Assembly: GCA_964499455.1 (NCBI GenBank)
Contig: CAZCLC010000002.1
Span: 1-56,880, forward strand
Direction: 5' to 3'
Source of the DNA: an uncultured Candidatus Saccharibacteria bacterium
Lineage (GTDB): Bacteria; Patescibacteriota; Minisyncoccia; Phycocordibacterales; Phycocordibacteraceae
Length of the DNA: 56,880 nucleotides
This document shows, in pieces, positions 19,238 to 28,160 of the stretch. The position numbers were made by a program, and so were the translations under genes. Under the pieces are notes generated by a model. It had not been told where the DNA came from. It did no database searches and worked only from the letters and a program-made list of their open reading frames with translations. How positions within the stretch are numbered: position 1 is the stretch's first letter; each line of letters opens with the position of its first letter.

Positions 19238-19435
19238 ATGTCAAAAAGAATTATACACACGAATACATCAAATAGTGATCTTATGAAGCTTCTTTCTGAA
19301 AAAAGAGAAGAGTTACGTGTTGTTAGATTTACTGCTGCTGGCTCACGACCAAAAGACACTACTACTCAAGCAAAAATTCGTAAAGAGATTGCTCGTATTC
19401 TAACTGAATTTTCGTCTCGCACACAATTAAAGTAA
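19238..19435 (+). CDS. rpmC: 50S ribosomal protein L29
   Basis: A 65-aa helical protein, LSEKREELRVVRF...KIRKEIARILT, in the expected position. Confidence 0.9.
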   Translation: MSKRIIHTNTSNSDLMKLLSEKREELRVVRFTAAGSRPKDTTTQAKIRKEIARILTEFSSRTQLK

Positions 19436-19465
19436 TATAAATACATCATCTATTACACATCGAAT

Positions 19466-19732
19466 ATGACTACTACACATACAACAATTAATAAAACCAA
19501 ACCACAAACCTTTAGAGGTATTGTTGTGAAAACTTCTGTAAAAGATACTATTGTAGTTGTTGTATCACGATATGTTAAACATCCAAAATATAAAAAATAT
19601 AGGACACGTATTAAAAAATATCTTGTACATGATCCTGGAAATACTGTACAAGTTGGCGAGACAGTTACTATCGTTGCTTCTCGTCCAATTTCAAAAATGA
19701 AAAGCTTTATGCTTGTAACTTCTAAAGTATGA
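19466..19732 (+). CDS. rpsQ: 30S ribosomal protein S17
   Basis: RGIVVKTSVKDTIVVVVSRYVKHPKYKKY...HDPGN..QVGETVTIVASRPISK. Confidence 0.95.
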   Translation: MTTTHTTINKTKPQTFRGIVVKTSVKDTIVVVVSRYVKHPKYKKYRTRIKKYLVHDPGNTVQVGETVTIVASRPISKMKSFMLVTSKV

Positions 19733-20106
19733 TTCAAACACACACAATTGTTAAGATTGCAGATAACTCAGGCGGAAAAATCGCTCGTGTGTTTACAATA
19801 TTAGGTGGTCATCGCCATAGATATGCAAGGATAGGCGATTTAGTTGTTGTATCCATTCAGACAGCAGAGCCTCGAAAACAAGTAAAGAAAAAGGAAGTAC
19901 TACGTGCAGTTATCGTACGTACCAAACAGCCCACACGTCGTAAAGACGGATCGTATGTAATTTTTGACGAAAATGCTGCAGTATTAGTTGAAAAGAATGG
20001 AAAAGATATGGTTCTAAAGGGAAATCGTGTGTTTGGACCTGTCCCTCGCGAATTGGTTGAACGTGGTTGGCAATCAATTGCTTCAGTCGCACCGGAAGTT
20101 ATATAA
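19729..20106 (+). CDS. rplN: 50S ribosomal protein L14
   Basis: MIQTHTIVKIADNSGGK...GPVPREL. ATGA overlap with rpsQ. Confidence 0.96.
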   Translation: MIQTHTIVKIADNSGGKIARVFTILGGHRHRYARIGDLVVVSIQTAEPRKQVKKKEVLRAVIVRTKQPTRRKDGSYVIFDENAAVLVEKNGKDMVLKGNRVFGPVPRELVERGWQSIASVAPEVI

Positions 20107-20112
20107 AATATT

Positions 20113-20424
20113 ATGGCTACAAAATTAAAAAAGAATGATACTGTGCAAGTAATTGCAGGAAAAGATAAAGGAAAAACTGGAACTATATTACGAGTATTTC
20201 CAAACGAAGAACGTATTGTAGTTGATGGTATTGCAATGATGAAGCGTCATATACGTGGTACAAAAGGTCAAACTGGAAGAATAGTAGAGCGTCCAGCAAC
20301 AATTCATGTCTCAAATGTTATGATTATTGATCCGGACACTAAAAAACCGACACGTATTCGTATTCAAAGAAAAGAAGGCGTACGAACACGAATATCAGTA
20401 AAAACAGGTGCAATTCTTAAATAA
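20113..20424 (+). CDS. rplX: 50S ribosomal protein L24
   Basis: KKNDTVQVIAGKDKGKTGTILRV (KOW motif) and gene order. Confidence 0.94.
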   Translation: MATKLKKNDTVQVIAGKDKGKTGTILRVFPNEERIVVDGIAMMKRHIRGTKGQTGRIVERPATIHVSNVMIIDPDTKKPTRIRIQRKEGVRTRISVKTGAILK

Positions 20425-20459
20425 TAAAAGTAAGTGTATAAAAATAATAGATATAATAT

Positions 20460-21011
20460 ATGATGCTTTCCAAAGAAAAACAACAAACTGCTTTTGAAGC
20501 GCTATCCAAAACGTTTGGTTATACTACGTGTATGGAAGCGCCACGTATTAAAAAGATTATTGTATCAACAGGTACAGGTAAAAAAAGAGATTCAAAACAG
20601 ACTGCTTTTATTGCAAATGCACTTTCACGTATTACAGGTCAACAGCCCGCACCACGTGCTGCAAAGCGGTCTGTTGCTTCATTTAAAGTTCGTGAGGGAG
20701 ATCCGATTGGATTTATGGTTACATTACGTGGTCCGCATATGTATAATTTTCTTGATAAATTAATTCATATTGTCTTGCCAAGAAAGCGTGATTTCCACGG
20801 TGTTCCGATTACTGCAATTGATGATATGGGTAATATAACAATCGGAGTGCGCGAGCATATAATTTTTCCAGAAACAGCAAATGAAGATTTAAGAAATATA
20901 TTTGGAATGGCAATTACCATTGTTACAACTGCAAAAACACGAAAAGAAGCAGAATTATTTCTTCGTCATATCGGATTTCCGTTGAACATTGACGCTGCAA
21001 AGAAATCTTGA
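20460..21011 (+). CDS. rplE: 50S ribosomal protein L5
   Basis: PRIKKIIVSTGTG...FKVREGDPIGFMVTLRG..MY.FLDKL...LPR.RDF.G. Confidence 0.95.
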   Translation: MMLSKEKQQTAFEALSKTFGYTTCMEAPRIKKIIVSTGTGKKRDSKQTAFIANALSRITGQQPAPRAAKRSVASFKVREGDPIGFMVTLRGPHMYNFLDKLIHIVLPRKRDFHGVPITAIDDMGNITIGVREHIIFPETANEDLRNIFGMAITIVTTAKTRKEAELFLRHIGFPLNIDAAKKS

Positions 21012-21056
21012 TATGATGGGTATATGACGCAGTCGCGTCTTTTTTATTATTCATAT

Positions 21057-21326
21057 ATGGCAAAAAAATCACAATTAGCAAGAAATGCAAAACGAATAGC
21101 ACTCGTAGCGAAATTTGCTGCAAAACGTTCTGCACTTAAAGCTGCTGGTGATTGGGAAGGATTACAAAAATTACCAAAAAATTCTTCTCCTGTACGAATA
21201 AAAAATCGCTGTGCTATATCAGGTCGATCTCATGGATATCTACGTGCATTTGGACTTTCACGAATAACTTTTAGAGAGCTTGCCCGTGAGGGTGAAATTC
21301 CAGGTGTGAAGAAAGCATCATGGTAA
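21057..21326 (+). CDS. rpsN: 30S ribosomal protein S14 (long, non-zinc form)
   Basis: [13 protein letters not shown]...[40 protein letters not shown]. No CxxC pairs. The ATG at 21057 is preferred over the track start at 21024. Confidence 0.93.
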   Translation: MAKKSQLARNAKRIALVAKFAAKRSALKAAGDWEGLQKLPKNSSPVRIKNRCAISGRSHGYLRAFGLSRITFRELAREGEIPGVKKASW

Positions 21327-21703
21327 GTGACCGTGTCGGTGATTTTATCATCCGCTTAAAAAATGCGGCGGCGATACATCGCGAAGAAGTTACATTGCCG
21401 TATAGTATATATCTTGAAACTATCGCAAAAAAACTTCGTGAACTCGGTTTTCTCACTGCAGTAGAGAAAAATAAATTAACACTTCACGTTACACTTGCAT
21501 ATGCGTCTGACAAAACTCCGAGATTAACAGGTGTACGTCGTGTCTCTAAACCTGGGAGACGAGTGTACATATCACATCATGATGCTCATACTGTTAAAAA
21601 TGGTATGGGTGTCCGTATCATTTCAACACCAAAAGGTATTATTTCTGATACACAGGCTCGTGAGAAACATCTTGGTGGGGAGTCACTTTTTGAGATATGG
21701 TAA
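21320..21703 (+). CDS. rpsH: 30S ribosomal protein S8
   Basis: [14 protein letters not shown]...[24 protein letters not shown]. Confidence 0.95.
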   Translation: MVSDRVGDFIIRLKNAAAIHREEVTLPYSIYLETIAKKLRELGFLTAVEKNKLTLHVTLAYASDKTPRLTGVRRVSKPGRRVYISHHDAHTVKNGMGVRIISTPKGIISDTQAREKHLGGESLFEIW

Positions 21704-21718
21704 ATATAATATAATTGT

Positions 21719-22252
21719 ATGTCACGTTTCGCAAAAAAACCAATTTCAATTCCTTCAAATGTTGAAGTTTCTGCGGATAAACAAACACTTTCAGTTAAAG
21801 GTCCGCTTGGCACATTAACACGTCCTATACATTCAAGCATTACAATAACTGTCGGTTCTGATGGAGTGTCTATTATCGCAAATAATAATAGTAAGCTCTC
21901 AAATGCACTTACAGGTACTTTTGCCGCACATGTTAAAAATATGATTACAGGTGTTGTTACTCCTTTCAAAAGAGCACTTATACTTGAAGGTATTGGATAT
22001 AAAGTTGAACTTAAAGATAAAAAATTAATATTTGCTGTTGGATTTTCACACTTAGTTTCACTTGCGATTCCAGAAAATGTTAATGTAACCATTGAGAAAA
22101 ATACAATTCGTGCTGAGAGTATAGATTTAGAGAAGGTAGGACAGTTTGCAGCTTCCGCTCGTGCGATTAAACCACCAGAGCCATATCTCGGAAAAGGGAT
22201 TCGGTATGAAAACGAAGTTGTACGTAGAAAACAAGGCAAGAGGTCTGTATAA
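21719..22252 (+). CDS. rplF: 50S ribosomal protein L6
   Basis: MSRFAKKPISIPSNVEV...GPLGTL...EGIGYKVE...PEPYLGKGIRYENE. Confidence 0.95.
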   Translation: MSRFAKKPISIPSNVEVSADKQTLSVKGPLGTLTRPIHSSITITVGSDGVSIIANNNSKLSNALTGTFAAHVKNMITGVVTPFKRALILEGIGYKVELKDKKLIFAVGFSHLVSLAIPENVNVTIEKNTIRAESIDLEKVGQFAASARAIKPPEPYLGKGIRYENEVVRRKQGKRSV

Positions 22253-22277
22253 TATTGATGATATATAATAAAAAACT

Positions 22278-22625
22278 ATGAGTATTACAGCAACAAATAA
22301 GATTCTTCATAATAGACGCCATGCGCGAGTTCGTTCGCGTGTTTCTGGCACACAAAAACGTCCGCGTCTTTCAGTATATGCTTCAAACAGATTTGTTTCG
22401 GCACAAATAATAGATGATACAACAGGTAATACAATTGCTTCAGCACATGGACGAGAGTTTGGTGGGTCGAAATTATCGCAAGCTACTAATGTTGGTGGTG
22501 CAATTGCTGAGCGCGCAAAAAAAGCAGGAGTAACCACGATTGTGTTTGATCGTGGTGGATATACATACGCCGCACGAGTGAAAGCACTCGCAACTGCTGC
22601 GCGCACGGGCGGACTCGTTTTTTAA
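22278..22625 (+). CDS. rplR: 50S ribosomal protein L18
   Basis: RPRLSVYASNRFVSAQIIDD...VFDRGGYTYAARVKALATAARTGGL.F. Confidence 0.95.
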   Translation: MSITATNKILHNRRHARVRSRVSGTQKRPRLSVYASNRFVSAQIIDDTTGNTIASAHGREFGGSKLSQATNVGGAIAERAKKAGVTTIVFDRGGYTYAARVKALATAARTGGLVF

Positions 22626-22635
22626 ATATATAATT

Positions 22636-23265
22636 ATGACTACCACAACTGAAACTACTAAAGTAGAAGAAAAAAATACTGATGTTACTGTGAATAAAAC
22701 CCCTCGTTTTCAACCTGTACGTAGATCGCGTACAAATCGTAAAGAACGACCTCGTTCAGAATTTGATCAAGTTACAATTGATGTGCGTCGTGTTGCACGT
22801 GTTGTTGCTGGTGGTAGAAGATTTAGCTTTAGCGTTACTCTTGTTATCGGTGATCATAAAGGACGTGTTGGAGTCGGTGTCGGTAAAGGAGCTGATACAG
22901 CACTTGCAATTGAAAAAGCTACACGTAATGCACGACGTAATTTAATACAAATACAACGAACCAAATCAGATTCTATTCAACGCAGAATATCAGCAAAATA
23001 TTCAGCATCAAATATCATTATTATTCCTTCTGCCGGTCGCGGTATGGTTACAGGTAGTGCAATGCGTGTTGTGCTTGAACTCGCTGGGATAACTGATGTG
23101 ATTGGAAAGATTTTGTCACGTTCAAAGAATAAACTTACTATTGCACGTGCAACAATAAAAGCACTTAAATCATTAAAAACATCAGGTACTTTTGCAACAA
23201 CATTAAAAACATCTGATACAGATAATATGGAAAATAGCCATAATGCGGAACTGGTGGTATTGTAA
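22636..23265 (+). CDS. rpsE: 30S ribosomal protein S5 (with N- and C-terminal extensions)
   Basis: The S5 core is VRRVARVVAGGRRFSFSVTLVIGDHKGRVGVGVGKG...IIPSAGRGMVTGSAMRVVLELAGITDV. Length is 209 aa. Confidence 0.95.
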   Translation: MTTTTETTKVEEKNTDVTVNKTPRFQPVRRSRTNRKERPRSEFDQVTIDVRRVARVVAGGRRFSFSVTLVIGDHKGRVGVGVGKGADTALAIEKATRNARRNLIQIQRTKSDSIQRRISAKYSASNIIIIPSAGRGMVTGSAMRVVLELAGITDVIGKILSRSKNKLTIARATIKALKSLKTSGTFATTLKTSDTDNMENSHNAELVVL

Positions 23266-23282
23266 AAAAATATTTTATTTCT

Positions 23283-23729
23283 ATGCAACTTAACGATATT
23301 ATTTCAACAAAACGAACATCTACTACACAAAGAGTTGGGCGTGGTGGTACTCGTGGTAAAACAAGTGGACGTGGTACAAAAGGTCAGAAATCTCGTGCTG
23401 GTCATAAAATTCGCCCTGAGATACGTGACCGTATAAAGAAGATTCCAAAACGACGTGGATATGGGAAAAATAGGAGTCGTACAATTCGTACTAATCGTAC
23501 TACAAGTACCCCTGTCTCTCTTTCTATGATTGAAGAATATTTTAATATTGGAGAAACTATTTCTCCATACACACTTTTGAAAAGAAAGGTTATTCGTTCT
23601 AGTCGTGGTGGTGTTAAAATTCTCGCCACTGGTACTCTAACAAAAAAAATAACAGTTATCGGATGTGCTGCTTCTGCAAAGGCAAAAGAGTCTATTGAGG
23701 CGGCTGGAGGAACAATTTCAAATGTCTAA
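23283..23729 (+). CDS. rplO: 50S ribosomal protein L15
   Basis: RVGRGGTRGKTSGRGTKGQKSRAGH. It lies 17 nt after rpsE, with no L30 gene between them. Confidence 0.95.
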   Translation: MQLNDIISTKRTSTTQRVGRGGTRGKTSGRGTKGQKSRAGHKIRPEIRDRIKKIPKRRGYGKNRSRTIRTNRTTSTPVSLSMIEEYFNIGETISPYTLLKRKVIRSSRGGVKILATGTLTKKITVIGCAASAKAKESIEAAGGTISNV

Positions 23730-24993
23730 TTTTTTAAAAAAAGGGAAACTTATTTTTGCCGACAAAGAAATTCGGACGAGAATACTTATAGTTATTGCAG
23801 CGTTTGCTATTTTTCGTTTACTTGCTGCTATTCCAGTACCTGGAGTAAATTATGTTCGTTTGCAAGAGTTTTTTGCGAATAATCAATTTCTCGGTCTTCT
23901 TAATATGTTCTCTGGTGGTGGATTAGCAAACTTGTCTATCGTTATGCTTGGTGTTGCACCATATATTAATGCATCAATTATTATGCAGGTGGCAACTATT
24001 GTGTTTCCGCAAGTAAAAGAAGCATATTTTGAAGAAGGAGAAGCTGGGCGTGCGCGTTTTATTCAATGGTCTCGTATTCTTACAATTCCATTAGCATTTT
24101 TACAAAGTATTGGGTTTCTTTTCCTATTGCAACACCAAGGTATTTTGCCACATTTAACAACACTTTCTTTTATTGCGAATGTTTCGTTAATTGCAGGCGG
24201 TTCCATTTTGCTTACTTGGGTAGGTGAATTGGTAACTGAATTCGGAATTGGAAACGGTGTCTCCCTTATAATTTTTGGTGGTATTGTTGCTGGTGTACCG
24301 GCAGCAATGTCGAGAGCTCTTTTTACGGCCACTACTGCAAATATACCGAGTTATATTGGTTTTACTGTGCTTGCTCTGGCAATGATTTATGCAGTAGTAG
24401 TCGTTTCTGACGCGGAACGACCAATTCCAATTGCGTATGCCCGTGCTGTTCGTGGCACTGCACTCTCACAAGGTGCGGCAACATATTTACCTATTCGTAT
24501 GCTTCAAGCTGGAGTTATTCCTATTATTTTTGCACTTTCGTTGCTTTTATTACCACAGATGCTTCTTTCTGCAGTTACGGCGATAGGTATCCCAGGCGCA
24601 GCTACATTTTCTCTTTGGTATACAGCATTTATGTCAAACCCATGGGAATATGGCACACTATACTTCTTGTTAGTCATCCTATTTACATATTTTTATACAG
24701 CGATTACATTTGATCCAAACCGTATCTCTGACGATTTACAAAAAAGTGGTGCATTTGTGCCCGGAGTTCGTCCTGGGCGTGAGACAAAAAAATATATCAA
24801 CAGTGTAGTTAATCGTGTTACTCTTCCGGGTGCCGTTTTTCTCGGTCTTATGGCAGTAGCGCCATCTATTGTACAAGGCGCTACAGGTATTTCTACGCTT
24901 TTGGTTGGTGGTACTGCACTTCTTATTGTGGTGCAGGTGGTACTTGATCTTGTGTTAAAAGTTGACGCACAGATTTCTTTACGAGAGTATTAG
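23722..24993 (+). CDS. secY: Preprotein translocase subunit SecY
   Basis: A 10-TM protein with SecY blocks IPVPGVN...LNMFSGG...LGVAPYINASIIMQ...GNGVSLIIF. The ATG at 23722 (MSNFLKK) overlaps the rplO stop by 8 nt. Confidence 0.95.
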   Translation: MSNFLKKGKLIFADKEIRTRILIVIAAFAIFRLLAAIPVPGVNYVRLQEFFANNQFLGLLNMFSGGGLANLSIVMLGVAPYINASIIMQVATIVFPQVKEAYFEEGEAGRARFIQWSRILTIPLAFLQSIGFLFLLQHQGILPHLTTLSFIANVSLIAGGSILLTWVGELVTEFGIGNGVSLIIFGGIVAGVPAAMSRALFTATTANIPSYIGFTVLALAMIYAVVVVSDAERPIPIAYARAVRGTALSQGAATYLPIRMLQAGVIPIIFALSLLLLPQMLLSAVTAIGIPGAATFSLWYTAFMSNPWEYGTLYFLLVILFTYFYTAITFDPNRISDDLQKSGAFVPGVRPGRETKKYINSVVNRVTLPGAVFLGLMAVAPSIVQGATGISTLLVGGTALLIVVQVVLDLVLKVDAQISLREY

Positions 24994-25097
24994 TAAAAAT
25001 GAAAAACGTATAAATTATACGCTTTTATACAAAAGCATATAGAGTTGCAAAGTATAATATTATCACATACACTTAGATATACATTACTTCATTTTAT

Positions 25098-25670
25098 ATG
25101 GAAAAAACTCAAACAATATTTTTTCTTGGAAAACCTGGATCTGGAAAAGGAACACAAGCAAAACGTTTGTCTAAAAGCACTAAATGGCCAGTTATTTCCG
25201 CAGGTGCACAGTTTCGTCTAATTGCAAAAGAAGACACACCTGTTGGTAGAAAAATTAAAAGCGAGGTTTCAGCTGGACTTCTCGCACCAAATTGGTTTGC
25301 AATGTATTTATATCAAAAAGCACTTTTCTCATTACCTGAAAATGATAGTGTTATATTTGACGGGTTCAACCGTAAACCAGATGAGTCACGTTTAGTAATT
25401 GATTCTCTCAATTGGCTTAACCGTCCATTTGTTGTTATCAATCTTATTATTTCAGATACAGTTGTACATGAACGAATTGCGACTCGCAGTAAAACTCAAC
25501 ATCGTAGCGATGATAACAGTATTAAGACACGATTGAAAGAATATCATACGTATACTGAACAAGCTCTTGAATTATTCCGCGCTGCTGGTGAAATTGTTGA
25601 TATTAATGGTGAACGTGATGAAAATACAATTGCGCTTAATATTGTACAGACACTTCATATTTCTGTATGA
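25098..25670 (+). CDS. adk: Adenylate kinase (short-lid form)
   Basis: P-loop FLGKPGSGKGTQ, an NMP-binding region, and position after secY. Confidence 0.9.
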   Translation: MEKTQTIFFLGKPGSGKGTQAKRLSKSTKWPVISAGAQFRLIAKEDTPVGRKIKSEVSAGLLAPNWFAMYLYQKALFSLPENDSVIFDGFNRKPDESRLVIDSLNWLNRPFVVINLIISDTVVHERIATRSKTQHRSDDNSIKTRLKEYHTYTEQALELFRAAGEIVDINGERDENTIALNIVQTLHISV

Positions 25671-26455
25671 TTATACAGACACAAGATGAACGCGCGCGTC
25701 TAATTGAAGGCGGAGCACGTTTGGGATTAATACTTGAAAAATTAGTGACAAAAATACTACCAGGTACATTATTTGAACATATTAATGATGATGCTGAAGA
25801 ACTGATACGTAATGGTGGTGATAAGCCAGCATTTTTAGGATATACACCGTCTGGAATGAACCGTGCATTTCCAGCAACACTTTGTGTGTCTGTAAACGAC
25901 GAAGCTGTACATGGAATACCAAACGAATCGCATCGTATTTTTCAAAAAGGTGATTTAGTTAGTCTTGATCTTGGGCTTATACATAAAGGTATTGTTGTCG
26001 ATTCGGCCATTACTGTTTATGTAGGAGAACCTGATAAAATAACACGTGCTCTTATGGAATATACGGCATGTGCACTTGAGGCTGGCATTGCCGCCGCACA
26101 ACCGAATGCGCATGTTGGTGATATTTCACACGCAATAGAGACATCTCTTAATGGTAGTAATTTTTCTATTGTAACTATGCTTGGTGGACATGGAGTTGGA
26201 GCGAAAGTACATGAAGAACCATTTATTGCAAATTCCGGTCGTGCTGGCAGTGGTGAAAAGCTTGTTTCAGGTATGGTTATTGCACTTGAACCGATTGTAA
26301 GTGAAAAAAAACCAAGCGTGATTTTAGATAAAAATGGATATACTTATCGTACAAAAGATAGTTCTCGCGTGGCTCATTTTGAACATACTATTCTCATAGA
26401 ACATAACGGTCCTGTTGTGATAACACGACGTCCATCAGAAAAATATGGACTGTAA
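25667..26455 (+). CDS. map: Type I methionine aminopeptidase
   Basis: Metal-ligand blocks VHGIP, DLG..H.G.V.DSA, GHGVG and EHT. ATGA overlap with adk. Confidence 0.93.
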   Translation: MIIQTQDERARLIEGGARLGLILEKLVTKILPGTLFEHINDDAEELIRNGGDKPAFLGYTPSGMNRAFPATLCVSVNDEAVHGIPNESHRIFQKGDLVSLDLGLIHKGIVVDSAITVYVGEPDKITRALMEYTACALEAGIAAAQPNAHVGDISHAIETSLNGSNFSIVTMLGGHGVGAKVHEEPFIANSGRAGSGEKLVSGMVIALEPIVSEKKPSVILDKNGYTYRTKDSSRVAHFEHTILIEHNGPVVITRRPSEKYGL

Positions 26456-26527
26456 ATTAAGAACGGTTATACTGTAAAACATTAATAACATATATTTTTT
26501 TCAATATATTTTAAACATTTTATTTTT

Positions 26528-27136
26528 ATGCAAAATCATATAGATAAAGAACATACACTTGTTATCATTAAGCCGGACGGTATTCAGCGTGGATTGATTG
26601 GTGAGATTATCAAACGATACGAGAGAGTTGGTTTAAAGCTTGTTGCAATAAAGATGGTTGTTGTTTCTCCAGATCATATAGAAAAACACTATACTATTGA
26701 CCCGAACTGGCGTCGTATCACAGGTGAGAAAGCAATTAAAAGCTATAAAGAGAAAGGACTTATTCCTCCTTCCGAAGACCCATTTAAGATTACAGAAAAA
26801 ATACTCGAATGTTTAAAAGGGTATATGACATCTGGGCCAGTTGTTTGTATGGTATGGCAGGGTGCTCATGCTGTACGTATTGTGCGGAAAATTACTGGTG
26901 GTACTGAGCCACTTACATCCGATGTAGGTACAATCCGCGGAGATTATGTGCTTGATTCTTATCAAATAGCGGATTTGGATTCGCGAGCAGTAAGAAATCT
27001 TATTCACGCATCTGGATCTATTGAAGAGGCGAATATGGAAATTAAGCATTGGTTTTCATCGAAAGAGATAATTGATTATAGGTTGATACAAGATGATATT
27101 TTATATAAACCGACATTAGACGATTTATTGCCATAA
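26528..27136 (+). CDS. ndk: Nucleoside-diphosphate kinase, long form (202 aa)
   Basis: TLVIIKPDG..RGLIGEII.R.E..GLK, YMTSGPVV, GTIRGDY and the active-site block NLIHASGS. There are extra segments relative to ~140-aa NDKs. Confidence 0.85.
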   Translation: MQNHIDKEHTLVIIKPDGIQRGLIGEIIKRYERVGLKLVAIKMVVVSPDHIEKHYTIDPNWRRITGEKAIKSYKEKGLIPPSEDPFKITEKILECLKGYMTSGPVVCMVWQGAHAVRIVRKITGGTEPLTSDVGTIRGDYVLDSYQIADLDSRAVRNLIHASGSIEEANMEIKHWFSSKEIIDYRLIQDDILYKPTLDDLLP

Positions 27137-27184
27137 TCAGAATTAACAATTATTTGTATATTATTGTATTCAATATTGAAAAAG

Positions 27185-27213
27185 ATGACTTGTTTATATC
27201 GGCGCGGTATAAT
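27185..27213 (+). promoter_or_regulatory. Candidate promoter of the stand-alone RNA
   Basis: ATGACT (27185-27190), 17-nt spacer, consensus TATAAT (27208-27213). The predicted start is near G27221. Confidence 0.45.
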
Positions 27214-27220
27214 TATAGAT

Positions 27221-27393
27221 GGAGCCGCTCTTGATATGCAACCTACATATCTCTCGGGAGTCTTATATCCTGTATTCTAAGAAATACGTTCTCGTGTTTC
27301 ATTGAATGCAATGCGGACACCCACCTTTTTCAAAGAGGTTGTAAAGAAAGAAAGCGGCTCCGTATATGCCGGCGCTCCGCGCCGGCATATACG
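27221..27393 (+). ncRNA. Candidate structured small RNA of unknown class (~140-nt body plus terminator hairpin)
   Basis: No ORF of 60 aa or more is present. GGAGCCGCT (27221-27229) is perfectly complementary to AGCGGCTCC (27353-27361), and this closing helix encloses several local hairpins. A 15-bp GC-rich hairpin (27361-27393) follows immediately. Confidence 0.5.
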
Positions 27394-27434
27394 ATATATA
27401 GAAACATCTATTCAACTATAATTAATCATATAAT

Positions 27435-28058
27435 ATGCATACACAATATTTAGTTGGAGTTGATGAAGCTGGAAGAGGTCCGCTCGCTGGACCTGTAAGT
27501 GTAGCGGCTGTCGCTATTCCGTTTGATAGTGATTATATGAAATTATTTGTTGGCGTAGATGATTCAAAAAAACTTTCTGCTATACGTCGTGAACATTTTT
27601 TTAGTATTCTTTCTACAACCGCACGGAAAAATGATGTACGATTTTCTGTATCTTTTTCAAGTGCCGCTTTTATAGATTCAAATGGTATTACAAGTGCGAT
27701 ACAGAATGCATTAGACCGTGCTTTGCGGCATGTTGTTCTCGAACCGAAATATACACAAATACTTCTTGATGGTTCATTACATGCTCCAAGTGAATATGAA
27801 CAACAGAAAACGATTATAGGTGGAGATGCAAGCGTACCGATTATTTCACTCTCGTCTATTGCTGCAAAAGTAGTGCGCGATCATCATATTATTAAACTTG
27901 CAAAAGAATACCCATATTATGCATTTGAAAAAAATAAAGGATATGGTACTCGCGTACATATGGAAGCACTTTTACGTTATGGACCATCAACAATACATAG
28001 GCGAACATTTTTACGAAAAATGCCGATAGATTTTATACAGAAATATGGAATTTTATGA
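27435..28058 (+). CDS. rnhB: Ribonuclease HII
   Basis: GVDEAGRGPLAGPV...DSKKLS...and a C-terminal KGYG...H motif pattern. Confidence 0.92.
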   Translation: MHTQYLVGVDEAGRGPLAGPVSVAAVAIPFDSDYMKLFVGVDDSKKLSAIRREHFFSILSTTARKNDVRFSVSFSSAAFIDSNGITSAIQNALDRALRHVVLEPKYTQILLDGSLHAPSEYEQQKTIIGGDASVPIISLSSIAAKVVRDHHIIKLAKEYPYYAFEKNKGYGTRVHMEALLRYGPSTIHRRTFLRKMPIDFIQKYGIL

Positions 28059-28160
28059 TTCTGTTTTTTTTAGACACTCTTGGTAAATGATAAATTTATT
28101 TAAAAACTTAATATTTTATATAAATATTTAAATTAATCTATCTGTAACTTATTATTATTT

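Noticed and set aside
21586-22239. 217-aa minus-strand ORF
   Set aside because: It lies entirely antisense to rpsH and rplF, which are unambiguous. Long antisense ORFs are expected by chance opposite genes that rarely use the relevant codons.
27221-27361. Identity of the structured RNA as SRP (4.5S) RNA, RNase P RNA or 6S RNA
   Set aside because: No GGAA-tetraloop or AGCA symmetric-loop motif is present on either strand. It is too short for RNase P and lacks GAGGAAAGUCC. Its multi-hairpin layout differs from the single long 6S or 4.5S rod. It is therefore left as an unknown class.
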